This document shows positions 33,301 through 48,500 of a stretch of 51,171 bases of DNA, piece after piece; the stretch's first letter is position 1; each line of letters starts with the position of its first letter. The position numbers were made by a program, and so were the translations under genes. The DNA comes from Anaeramoeba ignava BMAN (taxonomy: Eukaryota > Protista > Anaeramoebae): contig JAPDFW010000098.1 in assembly GCA_028826165.1 (NCBI GenBank), forward strand, positions 1-51,171. The letters are read 5' to 3'. The notes under the pieces are model-generated. The model saw only the letters and a list, made by a program, of their open reading frames with translations, had not been told where the DNA came from and did not search any database.

Positions 33301-36300
33301 TTTTATGATGCGTGACTATTTTCTTTGTTAGTCGATGGTAATTAAGTTGCGCGAAACGAGCCTTTTTCTGGTCACCTTCGCGCTTATTTGCTCTTCTCCG
33401 AGTCTCAATGCTCATCATTGTGTTCACGTTTTTGTCGATTTCAATGCGGAATTTTTCCGAAAGTAATAAATCCTCTTTTGTATTTTCTGAAACTCTTATT
33501 TTGGTTAATTGCGTGTTTTTAAATAAAACTTGACTAAATAATTCTTGATTTTGTGATATTTCTAAATCTATTTTAGACTCGATGATTGAGAATTTTGTTT
33601 GGAAGATGTCTTTCCATTTTGAGTCAAAAAGAGAGCGAATAAATTGGGAGATATTTCTGTGTTCGATAAAGGATTCCTTTGATTTTTTGCGTGGAACCAA
33701 ATCGGAATTCTCATGGGAATCGCACAGAGTTTCAAATAAGAAGGAATAACCATCTCTCATAAGAATTTGGAAAATTGTTGCGATTTGCAAAATTTTTGGG
33801 TTTTTTTCTAAATCCTGTTCAGTATTATTTTCCTGGTGTAAATCACGTTGATATGATTCAAGTATTCTGAAAAGATAGCATAAAGTCAACATCATGGGTT
33901 CAGGATTTTTTGATAATGATCGTGATGTTATTTTTAATGGTCCTTGGAAGAGTCTTGCGAGAAACATCAAATTTTTCTCGTTTTCTAATCCTTCAAATGA
34001 ATCAATCGAGTCGAGAATCGATAACAAAACCATTTTGTATATTGCTCGTGTGCTTGTTTTGTCGTGTAATTTGATTCCTTTTTTGTCGAAAAACGAACAG
34101 GAATCAAGTAGAGAATAAAGAAGCATCAGAGCCTTATTTGTTATTTTTCTCATGTTTACCATCTGGTTCGTTTCTTCAGATATAATATTGGTTGTGTCTT
34201 TCAGAAAAGAAGGGATCATTGGTTGAGATGTGCTAATTGGTATTGGGCGAAAGTGTGATGGTATAACTGTGGGATTTTCTGTATCGCCTCTTTTTTTCTT
34301 TGTTGATGAAAATGCTGAGTTTTCTTGGAAATCTTTTTGCTTTTTAGGTTTGGAAAATACAGTTGAAACTGTTCGGATCAGAATTTTTGGTTTTCCTGCT
34401 TTCTGTTGTTGCTGTTGTTGTTCTAATGAGCATTGATTTTTTTCGCAATCTTTTTGATCTTTTTGATCTTTTTGATCTTTTTTATTTTTATTTTTCTTGT
34501 TTTTGTTTTTGTTTTTATCCTTCGTATCTTTTTTCGGTTTTTTTGTATTTTCATTAAATTGGGAATTTGTGTATTGATTTTCGTTTTGAATAAGGATATT
34601 TGGAGTATTTTGAAGTGGAGATAAGAAGTGATAATAACAAACCATATTGATTAAATGATACAAATTTTCAACAACAATAGAAAGATCATTAGAACGTTTC
34701 AATTCAGATTGGATATTTGTAGGATCTTCATCATGGAATCGTTTCTCAAACAATGTTGTTGTTGCAGAAATGATTTCTGAAAGAATTCTCAAGACGATTC
34801 TTTGTGCGTTTTGTTGGGAAAGAAAACTGAGATTGATTAAAGCTGCTGTTTCTTCAAATAACGATCCAAAACTTTCTTTATTGAACATGCAATATAAAAG
34901 AATATCTGAAAGAATTGCAAACGCAACATTATTTATTTGGAATTGAGAACCGTGTGATTTTGAAATTTGAGGAATTGTGCCGAAATCAACGGGTATTGAA
35001 CTATCGATGATTTGCAATAAAAGTCGTTGCCACATGAATTCAATCAAAAGAAGCTCTTTATTGACAACATTTTCTGTGATCAAGAAACGCACATTGCGAA
35101 GAACTTCAAGAGAATATTCATTTGGATGCTCGGAAATGATGGATGTTATTGTGCGTAAAATGAAGCAATTTTGGATCGTTCTTCCTCCGATTGTCGGATC
35201 GTTTTGCTGTGTTTCGTTGCAAGTTAATAAAGAGAATAATGTTGGAAGAACTTCGGTATATGAAGTTTCCACAAGAATCATGTGCAAAACATTGTATTCA
35301 CAAGAAGAGCAAATACGAGTTCTCGAAATGATCTTTTTCTTCTTTCCTTGAGAAGCGACATGTGCACTTTCAAGAAGAAACAGTAAACGCAAGCAAAGAT
35401 TAATATGAGCTGCTTCGTTATTTTTCTCCATCAAATAAATCAAAGTGTCCATGATATTCAAGTAATTCAGATGGAATTGCTGTTCTGTTGGGATGGATGT
35501 GAATATTTGAAATAAAACAAGCAATAATTCATTATTAAGTGCTAAATCGTTTGATAAGCAGCAAGTAATAGATAGAAATATGATTTCCTTGTTGAACATT
35601 TCTGTGTCACAAGCCGCTTTTTTTATACAAAGTACAATTGTTGACAATAATTTTTGAGCAAGTTGATGTTTTTGCTCATTGGGTAAATTTGCCATATTTT
35701 GCAATTTTTGCCATGATTTATTTCCCATTTGCTCTGGATATCTTGGTGTTGGTGGTTCTGGTGTTTTGGTGGGTGTCCATGCACGTATTTCCTTTGGAGC
35801 ACTTCCGCTCCAGTAGTATCTCCTTAAAACATCAACCAAACTTTCTGTTGTGATATCTTTGAAACGATCATTTGGATTTTCTCTATTTGATTTTTCTGCA
35901 AGTTCATGGATTATTTGCAAAACTTGTTCCTGTATTCCTTGTTCTGTTCTAATCCAAATATCGAAATCAAGCATTATTCCTGCTATTAAATCTGCAATAA
36001 AATCTGATGATTCTGTTGCTTCATCAAATATTAGTCTTCGAAGATGATCCAGAACTCCTGATGTAATGAATATATGAGGAATACGTTTGAGAACTGATGA
36101 CAAAGTACATAATGAATGTTCTGTATGGAAATCCTGTTTATTAAGAGGGTTTCCAAGAAGTATTTCTGTAAGAAGAGCGAATATTTTTTCGAATATTAAT
36201 GGGTTTTTACGAGTTTGAATTTGAATTTGATTTTCATTTTGAATTTGATTTAAATTTTCATTTTGATTTTCATTTTGTTCTGAAGATATAAGTAACATCA

Positions 36301-39300
36301 TCTCAAGTAACATTTTAGTTCCTCCAAAACAACTAATCAAATGTAAAATATTCGATACAGAGCATTGTGAAATTGAAACTAACTTTGCAGAACCTGAAAT
36401 GGCCTGCTTCTTGGGACTTTGATCAAAACAAACAGAGCCATTAGAAGCCTTTGAGTTGAGACAAATCATAAGATGGGAAGTCAAAGAACCATCAAGAACA
36501 TTGCGAATCAAGGAATGATAACTAGATTGATTCTTTTTAAGAATTTGCTCCATTTCATTGGATTCAAAAAAAGAATTATATTCTGCTCCAAGATGGTAGA
36601 TCCCAGATATCCATTCAGGCTCCAAAGAATCATCGAAAAAATAAAGAGTTCCCATTTGTCCGTAGAAAAGATAATTAAAGGATTTCTGAGGAGACTTGGG
36701 CGAAGTATGTTTAAATCCAATACTACATTTTGTAAATGATTCGTTGATACTTGGAAATTTAAGTGTTTTGTTTGCAATAGAAACACCATCAATGAAAATC
36801 TCTGCAGGTCCATTTGAAGACCATCGCTGGTTTGAGTGTGTAACTGCAACGCAATACCATCTCTTCATTTCAAACGTGAAATTTGCTGATAATTTATCCC
36901 AATGCTTTGATGTATATACTGAATAATATAGTGTGTGTTTTTCTTGGTTTTCTGCTTTTTGTTGATTTTCCGACAAATAAAATTGCATTCCATAATCGGA
37001 TGAAGTAAAGAAACTAAATATATTTGGGAGATTTTGTTTGTTCTGTGTTGGTGATTTGAAAGACTCAATTCGAATCCAAGTTAAAAATGTAAATCCTTTT
37101 GTGGCTCGCCATTTTTCCTGCATTGAAAATTCGATGCGAGAATTTCTTCCATTAAAATCAAAAAAATATAACGGTCCATTCTGTGTTTTTGTCTTTTGAA
37201 TTGTCGAACGCACTCCATCAATAAGAAGCTCAGTTATTTTGTGCGCCTTATTTTGTAAAATGAACATATTGACCATTTGGAAAATTTTTTTCATTTCAGA
37301 AACAGAGAAACGATGCGATCCGATGACTAAAACAAGTCGGATCATTTTCTCGGCTAATTGTTCATTTTCATTTTCAATTTCAATGAAATCCACAATTTGA
37401 GAAATTAGTTTCAAAAGATATCCAACAAGTCCTAAATCTCCACAACTAGATGTGTTGTGAAGAGATTTCTCGCAAATTTGACAAAATATATCCAATAAAT
37501 TTGAAAGTTTTTCGTTTTGCTGTTTTTTGATATCTTGTTGGTTTTCTATTTTTGTGTTGGAATTTTTTTGCTTGTTTTCCACCAAAGAATTTCTTAATCC
37601 TGCAGTGTATACGCGAAAAATTATCAAAATCATATCGGGGTTTTGAATAGTAAAGTTATTTTGGATGTCAAACTCTCCATTATTGACAAGCATGTTAAAC
37701 AACACTTCGAAAATTTTTTGATCAGGATTTTCTCCAACAGCGTCGCACAAAAGTTCACCAAATGTGGAATATCCAATCGATTTCTTGAAGAAATCCAAGC
37801 TTGAAGTGCTATTTCGGAACAATGCGGCAAGCAATTCGAGGATTATATACTCGTTCCCTTGGTTTGATTGATGAGAGAAAAGAAGGGTCATTGCTGTTGA
37901 GAAAATATTAGCCAAAACAAATTGAGGTTGCAGAACATCAGGTATGAAGTTGATCACCTCGATTGCCACTGCCACAAGTTCTTTGATCATTTTGTCTACG
38001 TTTGTTGATACTTCGACACTGTTGTTTTTCGACATTTGGTTGAGAAGAAGCATTTCCTCCACAATTCTTGATATCAAAAAGTTTTGCTGATTATTCTCTT
38101 GTTTTTCTGTTCGTTTGAGAATCGCTTTTAAATGAGGGAGAATAAGACTGCGAGTTTGTGGTTCGCGAGCCAAAATTATTAATAAGTTCATAAATGATGT
38201 CTCTTTGAAAACAAAGAGTTGTGTTTCATTGACACTTAAAAATAAGTGCAATAATTTAAGCATTGAGTGAGTTAATTTGTGCAATATTTGCATTTTTTCT
38301 GGGTAATGTATTATTGTTGTCGAATAAAGATCCATTAAAAATGGAAGTAAAATGTTGAATATTTTGAACCCAAGATTGTCTATAAATTTCACAACCGTTG
38401 ATTGCATATCTGATTTGAAAATTTTAATATAAACTTTAGTACAGAAAAAAAGAAGGAATAAATTATCTCGGTTTTGAGTTAATTGATTGAATAAAAATTG
38501 ATATTCGAAATTATCCTGATTTTTAAGAATGATATTTGAGAAGAAATCTCTTGATTTGTTGAATAAATAATGGAAAAGTGTTTGGAGAAATTGAGGAAGA
38601 TTTTTCTAAAAAAAGGGAAAAAAAAATGAAAAAAAAAAGATATTCAAATTAATATTAAAATTGATATAGAAATTAATATACATTAATCGGTCTGTGAATA
38701 AAGAAATCTGTGAAAATGGTTTTCCATTTGTTTTCTTGTCTTAAAAAATTCAGTGTGTTATTATCCATATTTTTCTCCAATAAAAACATCACATAAAATT
38801 GCAATTCGGGAATAACGTTTTTGATGAAATGTCTAGCTTTTTGATTTTCTTTTGAATTATTAAAATCATCTTCAAATAGATTCATACAAACATGAATAAT
38901 TTTTCTTTTGTAAATGAAATATAAATTGTTTTCATTTTGATTTTCATTTTGATTTTGATTTTGATTCTGATTTTGATTTTCGTTTTCATTCTCATTTATA
39001 TCTCCATTCTTTTTTTTCTTTCTGAATTTTGAGAACATTTTCTTTTTAGGATTTTCGTTATTCTTGTTATTTTTTTGTTTATCTTTTGAGCCTGATTTTG
39101 TTCGCGTACTTTTCTTTTTTCTTGTAGTTTGGAATTGATGTTTCAATTTTTCATCAACATCAATAAATTCTCTAAGTAGTTTAAATAATTGGTCTAAATA
39201 AGGATTGCTAAATGAAATGTTATCCTTTTTTTCTTTTTGTTCTTTTGGATCAAAAGTATGGAAAGAAAAAGTTGGGAAAGAATCATTTCCAATAAGTTTA

Positions 39301-41164
39301 AATTCTAAATAAATAAATAAATAAATAAATATTTTCAAATGATTTAATTTAATTCAAAAAGAGGAAAGAGATTTATTTACTTATTGGGTAAATAAATAAA
39401 TGATTTAATTTAATTCAAAAAGAGGAAAGAGATTTATTTACTTATTGGGTCATTTTCTGATTGTTGCTCTGTTGTTGTTGTTATTGTTAATTCTTTTTGT
39501 TTCGCAATAACTTCTTCTTTTTCTTGTTTTTCAATTGGTTTTTCAATTTGTTTTGTTTTTGATGGGATTTGATCTCCAAAATTTGAAGGAAATGTAAAGG
39601 CTGTCCACAAAATGAAATCAGTAATTAAACTTAGGTTTTCATCAGTAAAAAATTTTCTGGAAAAAAATTTTGTTGTTAAAATTTGGATCAAAAATGAGAT
39701 GGAATATGTTCTTAATTGGAATTCAATATGATTTGCAGCGAATTCTTGTGCTTGTAAATTATCATTGATCATTTGATTTGATTCAAGAAGAGAAATATCT
39801 TGTTGGGGTTCTTGATAGAAATTAAAATAATTAGCTTGATAAATATCTTCCATTTGATTTAGTAAAATATATGGCTGAGATTCTTGGTTCTGTTTTAGAT
39901 ATTCCGATATTAGGAAGTGAAATATTAGGAAGTTGGAGAATTTCAAACAAAATAATTATAATTTGTTCTAATTCCTCATCAAGAATTATGTTTAATTGAA
40001 ATAATTTTTCAATTACATCAAGTAATGCTAATTGAAGTTCGTAATGTTTGTTTGTGAGAAGGAATTTTTTTTGGAGATTCATATTTTCTTTATAACAATC
40101 TTTTTTTGAAAAAAAATAAATTTTTTAAATAATGAATTACTTTTTTTTAAATGGATTATTTTTTTTAAATGAATTTACTGAGTAAATTTTTGATTAATTC
40201 GTTTTGAATTATTAATTTTTTTAAATTTTCATCAATTAATTTGCCACGAAATTTTAAAAACCGATTTAGAATTATAAGACTATTTGAAATGACAAACTGA
40301 ACAAGAAGTAAATTATTCGTTTTTTCATTAGAAAAATTCTAAAAAAAAAAAAATAAGAATAAATTATTTGCTTTTTTTGTTTAGTTTTTGATTTTGAAAG
40401 TGGATCTAATACAGATAATGATGAAATATATTGAAGAAGAGTATCCATCATTTTAATTAAATTTATTAATGATTCTAATAAACGAAAATTAAATAACATT
40501 TGTCGATTATATTTTGAACGAGATAAAATGGAAGAAACTTCAAGAGAAATTAAAGATTCCAAGTTTAATTTAAGAGTTTCTTGATTTTTTAAGTTTTTTG
40601 TTAAATCTTTGAATTTTAAAAAAAAAATTTGAATTAAAAAAATTTTAATTTTAGAAAAATTTGAATTTGGAAAAATTTTTAAATACATTCAAGTTGGTTT
40701 TGAGCTAATTGTAATATTTCTATTGTATTTTCAATTAATTTTGGTGGATGTGCTTGTTTTTGTTTAATTGCATCATTTATTTCTTTTGGTTTATACATTC
40801 TATCAATAAATTTCATATTTTTGTTTGTATTTTCTTCAAGTTCTAAATTATCATTTGGATTCCAATTTCGGTAAGAAACAAGAAAAAGTCTTGCAAATTG
40901 AATGTAATCCTTAGTCAACTAATTTTATAAATGAATTTTAATTTTATAAATTTTTATTATAATTTTATAAATGAATTTTTAATTTTAAATTTGCTTTTTT
41001 CTTTATACTTCATTGATTCCTTTTTTTTCAGTTTCTTCTGTTTCATTTTTTATTAAAAAACAATTATTCCAAAGTGTTTGTAATCTATTTCCATTTGGTG
41101 TAAAATCTTCAAAATAATCTGAACTTTGTGAAATTGTTCTTTTGTTTTTTTTATTTTTTTTCAT
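30305..41164 (-). CDS. BEACH-domain protein (neurobeachin/LYST/Lvs-like; ConA/LamG-like, PH, BEACH, WD40), ~3400 aa; exons 41164-41009, 40918-40687, 40606-40413, 40338-40179, 40099-39442, 39304-38682, 38605-30305; one apparent frameshift at ~39910
   Basis: BEACH core [39 protein letters not shown]...HHGTHYSN...FQGGKFDKPDRMF...DVKELIPEFFYLPE...LPPWA...WIDLIFGYKQTG...YGQTPIKLF. Also ConA-like GFTFLTWIRIE...WYCVAVTH and C-terminal WD40 repeats. The upstream exons were joined by eye through GT-AG introns and are less certain. Confidence 0.92.
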
Positions 41165-41455
41165 TTGTAAATTAAATGAGAAATAATAAAAATTATTGAT
41201 TATTATATTATTTTGTCTTATAAAAGATTTTATAAAAAAAAAATGAAAAAAAAAATGATTTTTTGATTTTCTCCTTTTTTTTTATTTTTTTTTTAATTTG
41301 GATTAAAATTGATTTTAAAATTAAATCAATTAATGAAAATGAAATGAAATTAAAAATTGAAATTGATTTAAAATTAAATCAATTAAAATTGAAATTGAAA
41401 TTTGAAATGAAATTGAAATTGAATGTTATTATTTTGATTATTTTGATTTTGTAAA

Positions 41456-44400
41456 TTAATTTAAAAATAAATCAATTATTGAATTTGGATTTAATTGATA
41501 ATATTCTTTTAAATCTTTAAATTCTTCTTTAATTTCTTTTGGAATTTCTTTTTTAAATTTATCATTATAAAGAAAATAAATTAATTCTTGAATTGTTTCA
41601 TTTGATTTTTTTGAATAATCATGAACTTGATTTGATGAATCTTGAACATTTAAAAACATTCCTTTAAATAATTCACTTCTGATTATTAATATTAATTTAT
41701 GAACTTTAATTTGTTTTTCATTTGAAATAATTATTGTAAAATCTTTTGTTGAATTTTCTTCATATAATTTTGATAAATCTTTTATTATTCCTTTTCTTCC
41801 TTTTTTATTTTCAATCCATTTTGAATCAATTCCAATTTCTTGGAATAATTTTGTAATTTTCTTTTCTTTTTCTTTATTTCCAAAGAAATTAGAATCATCT
41901 TTATCTTCATCTTCATCTTCATTAATCTTCATAATATTTATCTTCATCTTCATCTGGAAGGTAAAAATCAAAATCAAAACCATAATCAAAATAAAGATTA
42001 TAATCAGAATTAGAATTATGATCAAAATCAATTCCATTTAGTTTTTGATAAATTTGATGCAAATCAAAAAATCCAGTATAAATAAAATTTAATGCTAATT
42101 GAACTTCTTCTTTTGGTTTTTGAGAACAAATATCAATAAATTTTTGTAAAATTGATTCATTATTATCAAATCTTGTTTTAAGAATTAATTTATGAACTTT
42201 AAATTTGAAACCATCATTTGATTGAATTTGATAATCTGAAAAATTATTATTATCATTTGAATCCAATAATAATTTGTTCATATCTTCATTAATTGAATAA
42301 ATTTTATTGAAAATTTCAATAAATTGTTTTGTGATTTTATCTTCTTTTAATCTAAAAATATTTACATCATTCATCAATAATAATTTAATTATATCTTTTC
42401 TTTTCCTTTTAATTGATAATGAAAGAGCTGTTTCATTTATTTTTGTTTTTGCATTAATATCAATTCCTTTGGAAATAAGATATTCAATAATTTCAAGTGA
42501 AATATTTTCATTTCGGCAAGCAATATGTAAAGCTGTTTCATTATCTTTTGTTTTTGCATTAATATCAATTCCTTTGGAAATAAGATATTTGATAATTTCA
42601 AGTGAAATATTTTTATTTTGGCAAGCAATATGTAAAGCTGTTTTATTATATTCTGTTTTTGCATTAATATCAAATCCTTTGGAAATAAGATAATCGATAA
42701 TTTCAATTGAAATATTTTTATTGTGGCAAACATTATGTAAAATTGTTTTTTCATTATTATTTGTTTTTTCATTAATATCAATTCCTTTTTTAATCAATAA
42801 TTTGATAATTTCAAGTAAAATATTTGGATTTAAATTTCGGCAAGCATAATGTAAAGCTGTTTCATTTCCATATTTTGTTTTTGCATTTATATCAATTCCT
42901 TTTTCAATCAATAATTTGATAACTTCAAGTGAAATATTTTCATTTTGGCAAGCATAATGTAAAGCTGTTTTTCATTTCTTTTGTTTTTGCATTAATATTA
43001 ATTCCTTTTTCAATCAATAATTTGATAATTTCAAGTGAAATATTTTCATTTTGGCAAGCAATATGTAAAGCTGTTTCATTATCTTTTGTTTTTGCATTAA
43101 TATTAATTCCTTTGGAAATAAGATATTCAATAATTTGATAATTTCAAATGAAATATTTTCATTTCGGCAAGCATAATGTAAAGCTGTTTCATTTGTTTTT
43201 GCATTAATATCAATTCCTTTTTCAATCAATAATTTGATAATTTCAAATGAAATATTTTCATTTTGGCAAGCAATATGTAAAGATGTTTCATTATTTTTTT
43301 CTTTTTCATGAATATCAATTCCTTTTTCAATTAGCAATTTACTAATTTGAAGTGAAATATTTGGATTAAAACAAGCAATATTTAAAGCTGTTTCATTCCT
43401 TCTTGTTTTTGCATTAATATCAATTCTTTTAGAAATAAGATACTCGATAATTTGAATTGAAATATTTGGATTTCTGCAAGCATAATGTAAAACTGTTTCA
43501 CTACCATTTGTTTTTGCATTAATATTAATTCCTTTGGAAATAAGATATTCAATAATTTGAAGTGAAATATTTGGATTTTCATTTTGGCAAGCATAATGTA
43601 AAGCTGTTTTATTATCTTCTGTTTTTGCATTAATATCAATTCTTTTGGAAATAAGATATTCAATAATTTCAAGTGAAATATTTGGATTTTGGCAAGCAAA
43701 ATGTAAAGCTGTTTTTATTCCATTTGTTTTTGCATTAATATCAATTCCTTTGGAAATAAGATATTCGATAATTTCAAGTGAAATATTTTCATTAATTTTT
43801 TGAATTAATATCATTCCTTTTCAATAATGTATAAAGCTGTTTCATCCTTTTCTTTTGTTTTTGCATTAATATCAATTCCTTTGGAAACAAGATATTCAAT
43901 AATTTCAAGTGAAATATTTTCATTTTGGCAAGCATAATGTAAAGCTGTTTCATTTCCATTTGTTTTTGCATTGATATCAATTCCTTTAGAAATAAGATAA
44001 TCAATAATTTTAATTGAAATATTTTCATTTTGGCAAGCATAATGTAAAGCTGTTTCATTTAAATTTGATTTTGCATTAATATCAATTCCTTTGGAAACAA
44101 GATATTCAATAATTTCAAGTGAATTATTTGGATTTAAGCAAGCAATATTTAAAGCTTTTTCATTCCATTTGTTTTTGCATTAATATCAATTCCTTTGGAA
44201 ATAAGATATTCAATAATTTCAAGTGAAATATTTGGATTTATGCAAGCATAATGTAAAGCTGTTTCATTTATTTTTTGTTTTTGCATTAATATCAATTCCT
44301 TTAGAAATAAGATATTCAATAATTTCAAGTGAATTAAATTGTGATGCATAATGTAAAGCTGTTTTATTTTCTTTTGTTTTTGCATTGATATCAATTCCTT

Positions 44401-44961
44401 TGGAAATAAGATATTCAATAATTTGAAGTGAAATATTTGGATTTTCACAAGCAAAATGTATTGATGTTTTGTTTAAAAAGTTTTCTGGATTGATAATCAT
44501 TTGTTTTTGAAGTAAATATTTTATAATTTTAGAATTTTGATATTGTGAAGGAATGTTCAAATTTGTTTCTTTTATCAAATCTTTTGGATCAATATTGATT
44601 TGTTTGTTGTACAAATATATAATATTTTCTTCTATTGATAAATTTTCAAAAGCTGAAAGAAAATAAGTTTTGGTTGTTTTTGAATTGATATCAATTCCTT
44701 TTGAAAGTAAAAGTTCAAGAATATCTTTTTCTGAATTGTTTAGAATTGCAATATGAAATGAATTTCTTCCTAAATCATCAAATAATTCTGGTTTAATTCC
44801 TTTTGAAATTAATTTTTCAATTATTTCTTTTGAAACTTTTTTTTCGATTGCAAAATGTAAAATTAATTTGTTTTCTTTCTTTAGTTTATTTTTTCAATTT
44901 TTTCAATTTTTTCCAAATATTCAATATTATTTTCTAAAATAGTTTTATAAATTAATTCCAT
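41456..44961 (-). pseudogene. Ankyrin-repeat + BTB/POZ x2 gene, copy 2, broken by multiple frameshifts (pseudogene or mis-polished repeat)
   Basis: The start MELIYKTILENN at 44961 matches copy 1, but a C is missing at ~44893 relative to copy 1. Further frame breaks fall near 44270, 44150, 43800, 43130, 42970 and 41925. The C-terminal BTB (TKDFTII..IKVHKLILIIRSELFKGMF) is nearly identical to copy 1. Confidence 0.75.
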
Positions 44962-45034
44962 TTTTAAAAAATAAATTGAAATGAAAAATGAAAAGCATGC
45001 AAAAAAAATTTTGTTTTTAATTTATTTTTTTTTT

Positions 45035-45510
45035 GAATAATGAGTTTTTTAAATGAATTTTAAATTAAATTGTAAATTAAAATTATTGATCTTTTTCTTA
45101 TTTTGTTTTTAAATTATTTGTAAATTAAATTGGAATTTTTTAAATTATAAATTAAAGAAATAAAATTTTTTGCTTTTTTTTTTAATTTATAATTTGGAAT
45201 AATGAGTTTTTTAAATTAATTTGTAAAATAAATTATAAATAAATTGTAAATGAATTTTAAATTAAATTGTAAATTAAAATTATTGATCTTTTTCTTATTT
45301 TGTTTTTAAATTATTTGTAAATTAAATTGGAATTTTTTAAATTGTAAATTAAGGAAATAAAATTTTTTGCTTTTTTAATTTATAATTTGGAATAATGAGT
45401 TTTTAAAATTAATTTGTAAAATAAATTATAAATTAAATTTGTAAATGAATTTTAAATTAAATTGTAAATTAAAGTTATTGATCTTTTTCTTATTTTGTTT
45501 TTAAATTGGA
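45035..45510. repeat. ~196-bp tandem repeat (~2.5 copies) between the two ankyrin-BTB genes
   Basis: AAATGAATTTTAAATTAAATTGTAAATTAAA.TTATTGATCTTTTTCTTATTTTG recurs at ~45051, 45248, 45443. Confidence 0.8.
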
Positions 45511-45557
45511 AATTGAAATTTTAAATGTTATTATTTTGATTATTTTGATTTTGTAAA

Positions 45558-48500
45558 TTAATTTAAAAATAAATCAATTATTGAATTTGAATTTAATTGA
45601 TAATATTCTTTTAAATCATTAAATTCTTCTTTAATTTCTTTTGGAATTTCTTTTTTAAATTTATCATTATAAAGAAAATAAATTAATTCTTGAATTGTTT
45701 CATTTGATTTTTTTGAATAATCATGAACTTGATTTGATGAATCTTGAACATTTAAAAACATTCCTTTAAATAATTCACTTCTGATTATTAATATTAATTT
45801 ATGAACTTTAATTTGTTTTTCATTTGAAATAATTATTGTAAAATCTTTTGTTGAATTTTCTTCATATAATTTTGATAAATCTTTTATTATTCCTTTTCTT
45901 CCTTTTTTATTTTCAATCCATTTTGAATCAATTCCAATTTTTTGGAATAATTTTGTAATTTTCTTTCCTTTTTCTTTTTCTTTTTTCTTTTTCTTTTTCT
46001 TTTTCTTTTTCTTCAGTATCTTCATCTTCATATTTTAGAACCAAAATGATCATCAATTCCATTTATTTTTTTATAAATTTGATGCAAATCAAAAAATCCA
46101 GTATAAATAAAATTTAATGCTAATTGAACTTCTTTTTTTGGTTTTTGAGAACAAATATTAATAAATTTTTGTAAAATTGATTCATTATTATCAAATCTTG
46201 TTTTAAGAATTAATTTATGAACTTTAAATTTGAAACCATCTTTTGATTGAATTTGATAATCTGAAAAATTATTATTATTATCATTTGAATCCAATAATAA
46301 TTTGTTCATATCTTCATTAATTGAATAAATTTTATTGAAAATTTCAATAAATTGTTTTGTGATTTGATCTTCTTTTAATCTAAAAATATTTACATCATTC
46401 ATCAATAATAATTTAATTATATCTTTTCTTTCCTTTTTAAATGATAATGAAAGAGCTGTTTCATTTCCATATTTTGTTTTTGCATTAATATCAATTCCTT
46501 TGGAAATAAGATATTCAATAATTTCAATGGAAATATTTTCATTTTTGCAAGCAATATGTAAAGCTGTTTCATTATCTTTTGTTTTTGCATTGATATTAAT
46601 TCCTTTTTCAATCAATAATTTGATAATTTCAATTGAAATATTTTCATTTTGGCAAGCAATATGTAAATCTGTTTCATTTCCATTTGTTTTTGAATTAATA
46701 TCAATTCCTTTTTCAATCAATAATTTGATAATTTCAAGTGAAATATTTTCATTTTGGCAAACATAATGTAAAGCTGTTTTATTTGCATATTTTGTTTTTG
46801 AATTAATATCAATTCCTTTTTCAATCAATAATTTGATAATTTCAAGTGAAATATTTTCATTTTGGCAAGCATAATGTAAAGCTGTTTCATTTCCACTTGC
46901 TTTTGCATTAGTATCAATTCCTTTTTCAATCAATAAGTTAATAATTTCAAGTGAAATATTTTCATTTTGGCAAGCAATATGTAAAGCTGTTTCATTTCCA
47001 TTTGTTTTTGAATTAATATCAATTCCTTTTTCAATCAATAAGTTAATAATTTCAAGTGAAATATTTTCATTTTGGCAAGCATAATGTAAGGCTGTTTCAT
47101 TCATATATGTTTTTTCATTAATATTAATTCCTTTTTCAATCAATAGTTTGATAATTTCAATGGAAATATTTGGATTTAAGCAAGCAATATGTAAAGATGT
47201 TTCATTGTTTTTTGTTTTTGCATTAATATCAATTCCTTTGGAAATAAAATATTCAATAATTTCAAGTGAAATATTTTTATTTTTGCAAGAAAAATGTAAA
47301 GCTGTTTCATTATTAATTGTTTTTGCATTAATATCAATTCCTTTGGAAACAAGATACTCGATAATTTGAATTGAAATATTTGGATTTTCACAAGCAAAGT
47401 GTAAAGCTGTTTGAATTTGATCTGTTTTTGTATTGATATCAATTCCTTTGGAAATAAGATATTCAATAATTTCAAATGAAATATTTTTATTTTGGCAAGC
47501 ATAATGTAAAGCTGTTTCATTATTAATTGTTTTTGTATTAATATCAATTCCTTTGGAAATAAAATATTCAATAATTTCAAGTGAAATATTTGGATTTGGA
47601 TTTTTGCAAACATAATGTAAAGCTGTTTCATTATTAATTTTTTTTTCATTAATATCAATTCCTTTGGAAATAAGATATTCGATAACTTCAAGTGAAATAT
47701 TTGAATTTTGACAAGCAATATGTAAAGCTGTTTCATTGTTAAATATTTCTGAATGAATATTAATTCCTTTGGAAATAAGATATTCTATAATTTGAATTGA
47801 AATATTTTCATTTTGGCAAGCAAAATATAAAGCTGTTTCATTATTAATTGTTTTTGAATTAATATCAATTCCTTTGGAAATAAAATATTCAATAATTTCA
47901 AGTGAAATATTTTCATTTTTGCAAGCAATATGTAAGGCTGTTTCATTCATTTTTGTTTTTGCATTTATATCAATTCCTTTTTCAATCAATAATTTGATAA
48001 TTTCAAGTGAAATATTTGGATTTAAGCAAGCATAATGTAAAGCTATTTCATTATTAATTGTTTTTGCATTAATATCAATTCCTTTTTCAATCAATAATTT
48101 GATAATTTCAAGTGAAATATTTTTATTTTGGCAAGCATAATGTAAAGCTGTTTCATTATCTTTTGTTTTTGCAGTAATATCAATTCCTTTGGAAATAAAA
48201 TATTCAATAATTTGAAGTGAATTATTTGGATTTAAGCAAGCAAAATATAAAGCTGTTTCATTATTAATTGTTTTTGCAGTTATATCAATTCCTTTGGAAA
48301 TAAGATATTCAATAATTTCAAGTGAATTAAATTGTGATGCATAATGTAAAACTGTTTTATTATCATTTGTTTTTGCATTAATATCAATTCTTTTGGAAAT
48401 TAAATATTCAATATCTGAAATATTTATATTTGGATTTTCACAAGCAAAATGTATTGATGTTTTGTTTAAAAAATTGTTTGGATTAATATTCATTTGTTTT

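Noticed and set aside
40339-40371. 33-nt GC-AG intron in the BEACH gene
   Set aside because: A canonical GT donor at 40412 gives a 74-nt GT-AG intron that restores frame without further assumptions.
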